Below are positions 1 to 8,248 of a DNA stretch of 20,716 bases, one piece after another. This DNA is from an uncultured virus (IMG/VR IMGVR_UViG_3300043496_000149). Its lineage: Duplodnaviria > Heunggongvirae > Uroviricota > Caudoviricetes. The notes under the pieces are model-generated. The model was not told the DNA's origin. It did not search any database and was given only the letters and a program-made list of their open reading frames with translations. A program made the position numbers and the translations under genes. The stretch is taken from IMG/VR virus record IMGVR_UViG_3300043496_000149; one strand, 5' to 3'. Positions within the stretch are counted from its first letter, which is position 1; every line of letters starts with the position of its first letter.

Positions 1-180
1 ACAAAATATACACTCACCTAATGGCATAGTTTCCCTGGTATTCTTATCATGGCATAGATAATGGAGTTCTCCATGTTCATCTCCCCCAGATACAATGATG
101 ATATTATCATCTTCATACATACCTTTTTTATTGTATACTACCTGATCTTTCATTTTATCACAACATGGTATGGTGCTCAC
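1..180 (-). CDS. Small Cys-rich protein, CC...CxxC family (3' end runs off the window; not in ORF track)
   Basis: Hand translation from GTG at 180: MSTIPCCDKMKDQVVYNKKGMYEDD...PLGECIFC. Same CC / CxxC layout as 495..695, 692..913 and 4062..4364. Confidence 0.7.
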   Translation of the reverse strand, partial: MSTIPCCDKMKDQVVYNKKGMYEDDNIIIVSGGDEHGELHYLCHDKNTRETMPLGECIFC

Positions 181-186
181 AGGCCT

Positions 187-465
187 TCACATATCCCTCT
201 TTAATGGTTCAGGTACCTTGGTGGTTCCTTCAGGCACCGCAGCAAGCATTTCTTTCCAATTATCAATCACTATCATCACACTATATGAGAATACATCTGC
301 ATATGGTATATCTCTGTATTTATATGAAGTATGTTCAGTTAAAACTTTGTTATAATATATTTTCCCTATCTGATCCATTCTTAGATTATTATTCTTCAGA
401 TAGTCATTTACCTCTCGTTTTAATATATCCAGGCTATATGATTCAAAGAATTCTAATTTTACCAT
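187..465 (-). CDS. Hypothetical protein (92 aa)
   Basis: ORF track; tightly packed in the leftward gene run; typical hydrophilic composition. Confidence 0.7.
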   Translation of the reverse strand: MVKLEFFESYSLDILKREVNDYLKNNNLRMDQIGKIYYNKVLTEHTSYKYRDIPYADVFSYSVMIVIDNWKEMLAAVPEGTTKVPEPLKRDM

Positions 466-494
466 ATATTTTGGGTGCTCACACGGGTTATTTA

Positions 495-695
495 TTATTT
501 GATATTATTATATTCCTTGAGAGCTATTAAATTAACATGACAATAAGGACAATATTTAAAATGTAGATCCGTTCTTAATGCTGATGAATCTATACTATCC
601 TCATTCATATTATATTCATATATTTCACCTTTTATACCTATTGATATAAATGGTAATTCAGATAATTCCTTGAATTTATCACAACAGAACTTCAT
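495..695 (-). CDS. Small Cys-rich protein, CC...CPxC family (DUF6980-like layout)
   Basis: MKFCCDKF...HFKYCPYCH; ATG at 695 preferred to 716 because it overlaps the upstream stop and matches its paralogs. Confidence 0.7.
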   Translation of the reverse strand: MKFCCDKFKELSELPFISIGIKGEIYEYNMNEDSIDSSALRTDLHFKYCPYCHVNLIALKEYNNIK

Positions 696-913
696 GTAAG
701 CACCTTTCCGCACCAAAGACAGTTCTTTAATATAATCTCTTTAGTTTTAATCTCATCTGTATCAGGTGTTAACCAATGTTTTATTATACGCTTATTGGTA
801 ACAAACTCTGCAATAAAGATATTATGTTGTGGTAAATGATCGATGAAAGGTTCTTCCTTTATCCATCCCCTCAAGACTGCATCTTCGAGCTTTAAACAGC
901 AGTATTTTCTCAC
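692..913 (-). CDS. Small Cys-rich protein, CC...CxWCG family
   Basis: GTG start; MRKYCCLKL...ILKNCLWCGKVL. Confidence 0.7.
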   Translation of the reverse strand: MRKYCCLKLEDAVLRGWIKEEPFIDHLPQHNIFIAEFVTNKRIIKHWLTPDTDEIKTKEIILKNCLWCGKVLT

Positions 914-1038
914 ATATTTCGGTGCTCACTTGGGATATATATTCTCTGATATTCTCCATATAATCCGACCATATAATGCCATATTTGGCACTATAATGCC
1001 GGATATATTAAGCGGATTAAACGATTTTAGAATTGGAT

Positions 1039-1060
1039 ATATTTAGGAGATATTTAGGAG
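1039..1060 (+). repeat. Perfect 11-bp tandem repeat ATATTTAGGAG x2 in divergent intergenic region
   Basis: 1039-1049 and 1050-1060 are identical. Confidence 0.85.
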
Positions 1061-1351
1061 GTGACCAAACCCCCATTTCCCCTGTTTTTACGGAACCACT
1101 ATTGACAGCAATTTTATTGATATAATAACGATATTTATACTTTGATATAATTGGAATCTCTCAGTCTCACTCCTCATCGGGATCCCATATGAGATCGCCC
1201 CTCCTTCGCCTTAACTGCTCTGGATGCAATATAATATTCAATGATGTGGTATATTAACGGTGCTTAGAGGGAAGGTGTACCTTAATCACCATTAAACATT
1301 AATGGATATAGTTAGAGATATATCCCTACTGATTTGAAATGATATAAGTAA

Positions 1352-1750
1352 TTGGCTACAGGATATAAAAAATCATATAAACCCAAACATCCTAATTCAC
1401 ATAAAAATGGGTATGTTTTAGAACATCGGTATGTTATGTCACAACATTTAGGTAGGTCATTAGAAAAATACGAGGATGTACACCATAGAAATGGTAATAA
1501 GAAGGATAATAGGATTGAAAATCTAGAACTAATTAGTCATTCGAAACATCAAAGTATGCATAATCCCATTATAGATAGAACCAATACATCTTGTAACTTA
1601 TGTAAATCTAATACTACTAGAAAAGTATTCAAATGTGGAACACATTATGATGATTGGTATAAGGATATAAATGGCTCATTATGTGAAAATTGTTATAAAA
1701 CTATAAAAAGACTTAGAAAGAAATTTGGATTATCAACATCAGGGTATTAA
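1352..1750 (+). CDS. HNH homing-type endonuclease with C-terminal zinc finger
   Basis: GYVLEHRYVM...VHHRNGNKKDNRIENLELISHSKH (HNH_3-type motif), then CNLC...WY...LCENCY. TTG start. Confidence 0.9.
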   Translation: MATGYKKSYKPKHPNSHKNGYVLEHRYVMSQHLGRSLEKYEDVHHRNGNKKDNRIENLELISHSKHQSMHNPIIDRTNTSCNLCKSNTTRKVFKCGTHYDDWYKDINGSLCENCYKTIKRLRKKFGLSTSGY

Positions 1751-2092
1751 TTTTAAAAAATAGATGTATCTACTTACTCTTAAACGGGATATAAGCAGAT
1801 AATGGGAGAAGTTATTGTAACAAGGCAAGGATATATTTGGAATTATAATATATAATGATTATGAAACGGTGCTAGAAGGGCTATTGATGAAATACCCAAT
1901 ATGAATACCACTTCAAATATTGTTGATTTGAGTCAACCTCCTAACACCGCCTATGCATGATAGTTTTCATTCAATAAGGACTGTCTGTCTGTAACTGTAT
2001 ATACACTGACGGGATATAAATACCTAGCTTTTCTTGATATATACAGAGAATATCATCGTATAAATACCCCTTCCTGCACCGTAAATATAAAG

Positions 2093-2554
2093 ATGCAACA
2101 AATAGATAAAAACAAACTAAAACAGATATTAGACAAACAATATGATGACTGTCTCAAACACATTACCATGCAAGCAGAAGCAAAGGTAAAAGAATTGAGT
2201 GATTATAACGGTGATGAACTGGATATAAAATTAGAAATTATTATAGGTCATAGTATGGAAAATAAGATATGTCAAACATCCTATGCTGATTATTATAATA
2301 AGGATAGTATTATTGTAGATGTGGTGCCAGAAGCAGTAGAGATAGATAATAACGATTTGAAACGTGCCACTTCAACAGTTAATAGAATGTTGTATGATAT
2401 GGATGGATATAAACAACCATCATCAGTGCCTAAAGGGAAGAAAGTAACAACAACAACAACAATACTAAATACTTCATCATCTGGTTCATCAGTCTCAGAA
2501 GAGATGATTAGAAGGATAGTACGCGATGAATTATTGAAGAAGAGAAATGAATAA
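2093..2554 (+). CDS. Hypothetical protein with Thr/Ser-rich linker (153 aa)
   Basis: ORF track; TATAAATA at about 2059-2066 upstream; overlaps next gene. Confidence 0.75.
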   Translation: MQQIDKNKLKQILDKQYDDCLKHITMQAEAKVKELSDYNGDELDIKLEIIIGHSMENKICQTSYADYYNKDSIIVDVVPEAVEIDNNDLKRATSTVNRMLYDMDGYKQPSSVPKGKKVTTTTTILNTSSSGSSVSEEMIRRIVRDELLKKRNE

Positions 2555-2762
2555 GATGGGGTGCCGAGACGCCTGTAGATACGAGCAAACAGGATTCAAA
2601 TGTATGTATCATAAAGGATATAAGCGCTGTACTGCTTGTCAATGTAATATCAAGACTGATGCTTTAAGATGTTATTGTTGTGGTTTGGTGTTACGTCGTG
2701 GTGCTCAAAGTAATGAATATAGACATAAACGACGTGATACCTATCCGAGGATTGATGTATGA
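2547..2762 (+). CDS. Small zinc-binding protein, family A copy 1
   Basis: CRDAC...GYKRCTACQCNIKTDALRCYCCGLVLRR; paralog of 2918, 3647, 3863. Confidence 0.8.
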   Translation: MNKMGCRDACRYEQTGFKCMYHKGYKRCTACQCNIKTDALRCYCCGLVLRRGAQSNEYRHKRRDTYPRIDV

Positions 2763-2913
2763 AATGAAACGTTGTAATAGTTGTGGTCTTTTACGCACCG
2801 AGACAGATATAAAACCAATCTATGTATCAAGAGAACAAACTGTAGATATCTGTATAAAATGCAGTAGGGATATATTCAAGAAGTTTATCTATCTAAATGA
2901 GGATTTGAAATAG
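2755..2913 (+). CDS. Small CxxC...CxxC zinc-finger protein (start 2755 or 2764)
   Basis: MKRCNSCG...DICIKCSR; internal ATG chosen to avoid a long overlap with the previous gene. Confidence 0.65.
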   Translation: MYEMKRCNSCGLLRTETDIKPIYVSREQTVDICIKCSRDIFKKFIYLNEDLK

Positions 2914-2917
2914 TAAC

Positions 2918-3127
2918 ATGCCACCAATGTGTAGGGGTAGATGTATCGATATAAAACATGGATACTCAAATGATGGATTATATTCACAGGGATATGGGCG
3001 CTGTAACGTATGTGATAAATTCATATACACTACCGATCTTAGATGTTTCTGCTGTAGTATGGTGCTCAGACGGAACTCTAGGATGGGTAGATATAGGAAG
3101 AGGGTGCACAATATTGCTAGGTATTGA
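2918..3127 (+). CDS. Small zinc-binding protein, family A copy 2
   Basis: CRGRC...GYGRCNVCDKFIYTTDLRCFCCSMVLRR. Confidence 0.8.
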   Translation: MPPMCRGRCIDIKHGYSNDGLYSQGYGRCNVCDKFIYTTDLRCFCCSMVLRRNSRMGRYRKRVHNIARY

Positions 3128-3598
3128 ATTGCGGTACGGGAACGAGTAATAATTAATAAGAAACGTAATAAATTTGGAAATTATAAGTACAGATACAAAA
3201 CAAATGATGGTTATTATGAAATATATAAACCCCATTTTATATATTCATATTCAACTGGTTATGTTAGAGAGCATAGATATATTATGTATCTCTATCTCTC
3301 AATTCTAAATAACAAAATTATATATATTCAGGATTATCATATTCATCATATTAATGGAAATCCATTAGATAACAGAATTGAAAACTTACAATTAGTAACA
3401 CGTTCAGAACATAATATATTAGAAAAAATTAAAGATATGTCAGGTAGATTTTGTAATATTTGTAAAACAAATGAAACTTATATTCGTAAAAGTGGATGTC
3501 CTAGTTGGTATGATGATATTGAAGGACATTTATGTGATATTTGTTATGATATGATTAAATATTATAGAAAGAAGTTCGGGATAATAATAATATGTTAG
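3128..3598 (+). CDS. HNH endonuclease with C-terminal zinc finger; frame open from ATT at 3128
   Basis: ORF track starts at 3284, but the frame is open from 3128 and encodes DGYYEIYKPH...GYVREHRYIM upstream of IHHINGNPLDNRIENLQLVTRSEH; then CNIC...WY...LCDICY. Confidence 0.85.
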   Translation: MAVRERVIINKKRNKFGNYKYRYKTNDGYYEIYKPHFIYSYSTGYVREHRYIMYLYLSILNNKIIYIQDYHIHHINGNPLDNRIENLQLVTRSEHNILEKIKDMSGRFCNICKTNETYIRKSGCPSWYDDIEGHLCDICYDMIKYYRKKFGIIIIC

Positions 3599-3646
3599 TT
3601 TATATCCTCAATTTAAGATTGTATGATATAATGGAGTTGGAATAGA

Positions 3647-3859
3647 ATACCTTACAGATGCAAGGATTGTTGCAGGGAAGAGACGCATATATCGGGACGC
3701 AGAAGACCATATCTACTTGGGTATAAATGGTGCAAAACGTGTGATATACATATAAAAACAGAAGAACTGCGATGTTATTGTTGTAAATCAAAGTTTAGGA
3801 CCGTAAGCACCAGATCTAAATCTAAAAGGAAGAGATTAGAGACTGTGGTGAGGTATTAA
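3647..3859 (+). CDS. Small zinc-binding protein, family A copy 3 (not in ORF track; apparent ATA start)
   Basis: Hand translation IPYRCKDCC...GYKWCKTCDIHIKTEELRCYCCKSKFRT...ETVVRY*; no in-frame ATG/GTG/TTG between the stop at 3629 and the Cys motifs. Confidence 0.75.
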   Translation: MPYRCKDCCREETHISGRRRPYLLGYKWCKTCDIHIKTEELRCYCCKSKFRTVSTRSKSKRKRLETVVRY

Positions 3860-3862
3860 GGA

Positions 3863-4060
3863 TTGCCATGTAAAGATAAATGTTATCACGAAAAAAACAC
3901 CTATAGAGCATTCAGTAAGGGTTGGAAGATATGCGCTACATGTGAAAAAAGCATAGATACTACTGATTCAAGATGTTATTGTTGTGGTATGTTACTCCGT
4001 GTCGGTCCACATAAGAATAAACAAAGACAGGAACGTGTACAAAACGTTGTGAGGTTATGA
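3863..4060 (+). CDS. Small zinc-binding protein, family A copy 4
   Basis: TTG start after GAGGT; CKDKC...GWKICATCEKSIDTTDSRCYCCGMLLRV. Confidence 0.8.
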   Translation: MPCKDKCYHEKNTYRAFSKGWKICATCEKSIDTTDSRCYCCGMLLRVGPHKNKQRQERVQNVVRL

Positions 4061-4061
4061 T

Positions 4062-4364
4062 ATGACGGTGCGGGAACGACCAGATATAATAACAACTACT
4101 CCTGATGGAGAGAATTACTGTTGTTGGGAACTAAGGCAGTTAGCACCGACATATGGTGATGGAACACTTACCCATTCATCAGATTATTATTGGTTTGGTG
4201 ATGAACAACAATATAATCCTCATAGTATATGGTATCTACGATTTTTTGATAATGCATGGGATGATCAGGTTGTATTCAAACATAAACAGATCAATTTCTG
4301 TCCCTTTTGCGGAACTAAGATACCTATCATCAAAAAGAAATCTCCAGTGAGCACCAATGAATAA
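4062..4364 (+). CDS. Cys-rich protein, CC...FCPFCG family (DUF6980-like layout)
   Basis: NYCCWEL...QINFCPFCGTKIP. Confidence 0.75.
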   Translation: MTVRERPDIITTTPDGENYCCWELRQLAPTYGDGTLTHSSDYYWFGDEQQYNPHSIWYLRFFDNAWDDQVVFKHKQINFCPFCGTKIPIIKKKSPVSTNE

Positions 4365-4641
4365 AGAAAAGAAGACATATAGTGAAATAAATAAAGAGTA
4401 TTTTAAATTAACATATGAAACATTCCATTCAGACACCATATATACTAAGGAACAATACGTACAAATAATATACCATTTAGCTCAGTTAGCCAGAGATATG
4501 GAATTGATTCATGACGAAGAAATAAAACATCTACGAGATACTTTGGGTAAAAAATTGGCTCAAGAACAGTTTAAACGACAAAGAATTGAAGAAGAACTTG
4601 ATAACCCCAAGGGTGGATATGACGGATTTGACGCATGGTAA
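4357..4641 (+). CDS. Hypothetical helical/coiled-coil protein
   Basis: ORF track; overlaps both neighbours as in an operon. Confidence 0.7.
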   Translation: MNKEKKTYSEINKEYFKLTYETFHSDTIYTKEQYVQIIYHLAQLARDMELIHDEEIKHLRDTLGKKLAQEQFKRQRIEEELDNPKGGYDGFDAW

Positions 4642-4823
4642 TGTATGACGAAGCAGTAATAATAATCATAATCATGTCTCTGATTACCACATCCTTACTT
4701 GTTGGATTACCAATACTATTCCCTGATATGATACCTAATAATATTAAGAAACATATAGATAATATGGTGGTGCCTAAAGGAACAGATGAAATGTCCCCGT
4801 TGCCAAATGGAGATAGCCGATAA
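4641..4823 (+). CDS. Small single-pass membrane protein
   Basis: TAATG stop/start overlap at 4639-4643; hydrophobic AVIIIIIMSLITTSLLVGLPILF. Confidence 0.6.
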   Translation: MYDEAVIIIIIMSLITTSLLVGLPILFPDMIPNNIKKHIDNMVVPKGTDEMSPLPNGDSR

Positions 4824-5106
4824 AAGATATCAAAGAGTATGGTTTTGGAATGGTGGTATATTGACACTCTGTTGTTGGTGCGCACCCACCTGATAATACA
4901 ATATATTTATTATTAATGTCCATATAGGACTATTATGAACATAATCGAGTTCTCAGAAATAATAAATTCAGAACCAAAAATAAAGGTATTATTGGCACTT
5001 AAGGATGTAAATCATATATCAACACTTTACATGTATGAGCAATAGAAACACATTATTGATTTCAATGACATACCTCCTATATTTCAAGAATTTATAGATA
5101 AAAAAA

Positions 5107-5187
5107 TTATTCTTCTTCCTTCTCTTCCTTCTTAATAGTTTCTTTCTCTGTGACCTTTTCTTTTGTAACTTCTTGTTCTGTTGACAT
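5107..5187 (-). CDS. Putative 26-aa Glu/Lys-rich microprotein
   Basis: MSTEQEVTKEKVTEKETIKKEEKEEE*, followed by a T-run on the minus strand; divergent from 5239. Confidence 0.4.
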   Translation of the reverse strand: MSTEQEVTKEKVTEKETIKKEEKEEE

Positions 5188-5238
5188 TATAGATCAATAA
5201 TATCTTAGTATTTATATCTCTTTCAAGCACCGAATTAT

Positions 5239-5634
5239 ATGACTTTTAGATCAATAGATGATAACGATGAAGGTGCAGATGAATATTATAAGAAACATTT
5301 TATGTATAAGAATAGGACCAATGAAGAATCCAATTCAACAATCGCTGATATGTATCTTAAAATTTCACCGAAAATGATCGAATTGATAAATAAATACATG
5401 ATAGAAAACAAAGAGTATATGTCTTTTGCTATGTTTTCAAGATTTCTAGGATTATTTATGCTCAAGAGTATGGATAATAACGTCCGCACCCATGCAGAGA
5501 AAGATAGAAGATATTTAATGAAAAGAGCAACAGGCGAGATCAAACAATTTATGGATAATTATATGGAAAATGTTGATTTCTCAGGAAGTAGGCCAGATCC
5601 AAAATACTTTTCAGAATCAGATGAGGATAAATAA
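5239..5634 (+). CDS. Hypothetical protein (131 aa)
   Basis: ORF track; TTTATAT box at about 5211-5217. Confidence 0.75.
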   Translation: MTFRSIDDNDEGADEYYKKHFMYKNRTNEESNSTIADMYLKISPKMIELINKYMIENKEYMSFAMFSRFLGLFMLKSMDNNVRTHAEKDRRYLMKRATGEIKQFMDNYMENVDFSGSRPDPKYFSESDEDK

Positions 5635-5660
5635 ATAGAGAAATAAGAAAAGAGGATAGT

Positions 5661-6308
5661 ATGAGCACCACCATGACAGATAATAATTATTATAAAGACC
5701 TATGGAATAATCCCAATACAGAAGCAGGTCAATTCTTTAACAAGACAGACTTTAATTCCAAGGATTATAAACTACAGGAACAAGTATTCAGACAATTTCT
5801 CAAAGGTCTTAATGCTTTAAAAGCACTATATCATGATCAAAAACCTATAGAGACGGTGCTTGAAGTGGGTATAGGTACCGGACGAATGTCTAAAATCATA
5901 TTAGAAGAATTTCCTGATATTCAAATATATAATGCAATAGACATAAACTTCTTTCCTATAAAAATTAATGGTGTAGGTGTATATAATGCAGATGTTACAG
6001 ATGAGATTTTCTTTGAAAATATAAATAGTTATTATGATGGTAGACGATGGGATTTAATACTTGCTTCTGAAGTATTTATGCATATAAAACCAGAACATAT
6101 AGAAAGGGTTATAAAATCAATAACAAACCTTCTCGCACCGGAACATGGTATCATAATAAATATCGATTGGGCTGGTGAACCTATGCCTAGTGATTGGTGT
6201 TTTATCCACAACTATGATCAGATATATGAGACTAATGGGTTACATCCTATCTTTATTGCTGATATGAAAGAAATAAAACAAAAGCTGTATTGTTACGGCG
6301 GTGCGTGA
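5661..6308 (+). CDS. Class I SAM-dependent methyltransferase
   Basis: Motif I VLEVGIGTGRM, acidic AID, ADVT, and WDLILASEVFMHI; no DPPY/NPPY or PC DNA-methyltransferase catalytic motif. Confidence 0.85.
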   Translation: MSTTMTDNNYYKDLWNNPNTEAGQFFNKTDFNSKDYKLQEQVFRQFLKGLNALKALYHDQKPIETVLEVGIGTGRMSKIILEEFPDIQIYNAIDINFFPIKINGVGVYNADVTDEIFFENINSYYDGRRWDLILASEVFMHIKPEHIERVIKSITNLLAPEHGIIINIDWAGEPMPSDWCFIHNYDQIYETNGLHPIFIADMKEIKQKLYCYGGA

Positions 6309-6314
6309 AGGATA

Positions 6315-6551
6315 ATGAGTCTAGCTCCGGAAATAGATATTTCAATAAGCAGTATATCATTATTGATAATAACTCTAGTAGGAATGATAATCAGTAGTCT
6401 ATTGGGTAGAAGAATTGCTAAAAAACAGATAAAAGAAGATAAAGAATTGATACAATGGTTATTAGATATGCACTATAAATACAAGAAAAGTAGGATTATG
6501 TTCTTCCATAAAGGGAAATGGAAGATTATAGAAGATCCGGTGCGTGAATGA
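6315..6551 (+). CDS. Small membrane-anchored protein
   Basis: N-terminal hydrophobic ISLLIITLVGMIISSLLG followed by a basic region. Confidence 0.7.
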   Translation: MSLAPEIDISISSISLLIITLVGMIISSLLGRRIAKKQIKEDKELIQWLLDMHYKYKKSRIMFFHKGKWKIIEDPVRE

Positions 6552-6557
6552 ATAAGG

Positions 6558-6884
6558 ATGTTCTCAGAAGAAGAAAAACGTCAATATAGACTAAATCATA
6601 ACCATAATTTATCTAAAGATATAGAGGTTTGGTATGAGTATTTTGATAAAGCGATTAGGGAAATTATTCAAAAAAATAATGATCCTATAATCCCTATCGA
6701 ATACCTCCATGCTACATCAATGATTACAGCCAAATCATTAGCATTGCAAGTAATAGTAAATGCTCAAGCATATAAATCTCCGGATAGACAGATAGAAGAT
6801 GCTGCTGAGGTATATAAAAAAGAATTCATAAAACATTTTACTATTAGTTTTGATAATCAAATATCAAAATTTAGAATGAGATAA
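6558..6884 (+). CDS. Hypothetical protein (108 aa)
   Basis: ORF track; operonic spacing. Confidence 0.7.
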   Translation: MFSEEEKRQYRLNHNHNLSKDIEVWYEYFDKAIREIIQKNNDPIIPIEYLHATSMITAKSLALQVIVNAQAYKSPDRQIEDAAEVYKKEFIKHFTISFDNQISKFRMR

Positions 6885-6933
6885 TATGGATGCATGAAGA
6901 ATAAATAATACTTTTTAGTACCGTAATTACGAG

Positions 6934-7044
6934 ATGTTTAATATAATCATAGAAACAATTAATCAGTCAATAGGTGTTATGTTATTAATAATAACAGTCT
7001 GTTCTATTGTTTCAGTGGTTCATATGTTGAGTCATAAAAAATAA
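6934..7044 (+). CDS. Putative 36-aa membrane peptide
   Basis: MFNIIIETINQSIGVMLLIITVCSIVSVVHMLSHKK* (hand translation). Confidence 0.4.
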   Translation: MFNIIIETINQSIGVMLLIITVCSIVSVVHMLSHKK

Positions 7045-7047
7045 AGA

Positions 7048-7122
7048 TTAGATTTTGTTGGTGCCTATAAGGTAGAACCATCCACCAAATAGACCACCTA
7101 TTATAGCTAGGACTTCAAACAT
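7048..7122 (-). CDS. Putative 24-aa membrane peptide
   Basis: MFEVLAIIGGLFGGWFYLIGTNKI*; starts 5 nt after the stop of 7128..8171. Confidence 0.4.
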   Translation of the reverse strand: MFEVLAIIGGLFGGWFYLIGTNKI

Positions 7123-7127
7123 ATTTA

Positions 7128-8171
7128 TTATTTAATCTCCGCCATACAAAGCCATTTCAATTTCATGTCTTTGACCACATTACTTCCATCTACTCTGATT
7201 GTTATAGTATGTCCGTCTTTGTAGTCCTTGAATTGGTATTTAGGATCTTCCCATGAAAAGAGTTTTACCCACTTGTTAGCTGGGGTACTGCCCTCGTTAT
7301 CGCCCTGATCTTGCCATTGTTCACATAAAACATTACCATTTGGAAGATTCTTTCTTGCATACATATATCCTATATATTTCGTCTTTAATGGTAAACCTTT
7401 TTCTCCTTTTCCTAAATCGCCGGTATATTCTGGATGTTTCGATTCATATCTAATCCTTGTTGCTCCGTCTTTGATACCTGTTCCCATATCAAAACACTCT
7501 GTCTTGTTACTACCACTGTGTGGCATTGCACTGAATTTTCCGCTAACCTCATCATCTGGTGCATTGTCTTGTGGGAATGCAAAGTAACCTAATACCACTG
7601 CATTGACATATTCTCCTGCTTTAAGACTGTTAAAGTCCATTCTCTTACCATCGTCACGGTCGTTGTTCTTGAATACATATTCCATCTTACCAGTTGTTTC
7701 ATAAGGTATCTTTACTCCGTCTTTTGTAACTCCTGAACCGCCAGGTTGTGGGTTAGGATCTACTGGAGGGTCGACTGGTGGATCTGTTGGACCAGTATCA
7801 TCCTTTGGAGGGAATTCATGAGTCTGGAAGTAAGTTACAAAGTTCTCTGCCGTCTCTTTCTTGGTAAAGTTAGTGGCTACATTCTTTCCAGCACCGTCTA
7901 CAATCTTGAATTGTTCTGCTGGTTTCTTCATATTAACCACTTTCCATGCTGCTTTGTTTACTAGATCAGCACCCCATCCACCTTCTTTAACAGTACCTTC
8001 TGTTGGTTTGGTTGGATCGGTGGGTAAAGGATCAGGATCTGGAACATCATCACCTATCTTCTTTATAGTTAAATTGGAAAAATCTACAGTGCCTTGGAAT
8101 TTATACTTCTTCCCATCAATTAGGACCTCGGTATCCATTTTGGCCTTTGCGGCTTCACTATTTTGTGCCAT
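7128..8171 (-). CDS. Two-domain protein: conserved N-domain, Pro-rich linker, beta-rich lectin-like C-domain (paralog 1)
   Basis: N-terminal about 120 aa closely similar to 8249..9214 (VDFSNLTIK, KEGGWGAD, NKAAWKVVNMK, GKNVAT.FTKKE.AE); PTDPPVDPPVDP linker. Confidence 0.85.
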   Translation of the reverse strand: MAQNSEAAKAKMDTEVLIDGKKYKFQGTVDFSNLTIKKIGDDVPDPDPLPTDPTKPTEGTVKEGGWGADLVNKAAWKVVNMKKPAEQFKIVDGAGKNVATNFTKKETAENFVTYFQTHEFPPKDDTGPTDPPVDPPVDPNPQPGGSGVTKDGVKIPYETTGKMEYVFKNNDRDDGKRMDFNSLKAGEYVNAVVLGYFAFPQDNAPDDEVSGKFSAMPHSGSNKTECFDMGTGIKDGATRIRYESKHPEYTGDLGKGEKGLPLKTKYIGYMYARKNLPNGNVLCEQWQDQGDNEGSTPANKWVKLFSWEDPKYQFKDYKDGHTITIRVDGSNVVKDMKLKWLCMAEIK

Positions 8172-8195
8172 ATTTATACGTTGATATTTTCGGTG

Positions 8196-8221
8196 TAATA
8201 AGTGTTATTGCGGTGCTTACA
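8196..8221 (-). promoter_or_regulatory. Promoter element TGTAAGCACCGCAATAACACTTATTA, copy 1
   Basis: 26 bp identical to 9239-9264; ends 25 nt before the ATG at 8171; TTATTA at the archaeal TATA position. Confidence 0.75.
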
Positions 8222-8248
8222 CAACCACAAATAAATGAAGAAGAAAGA

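Noticed and set aside
1160..1230. tRNA or hammerhead ribozyme in the GC-richer block
   Set aside because: No cloverleaf or TTCGA loop; minus strand has CCGATGAG rather than CTGATGA and no suitably placed GAAA.
1755..2090. Genes in 1755-2090 (and similarly 4825-5100)
   Set aside because: Only very short frames without recognisable motifs; cannot be supported.
4877..4886. Perfect palindrome GGTGCGCACC
   Set aside because: Single occurrence; explained as two abutting motif cores in opposite orientation.
6299..6560. GGTG in the motif as simply a Shine-Dalgarno sequence
   Set aside because: A few copies precede starts, but most are mid-gene or antisense to the gene.
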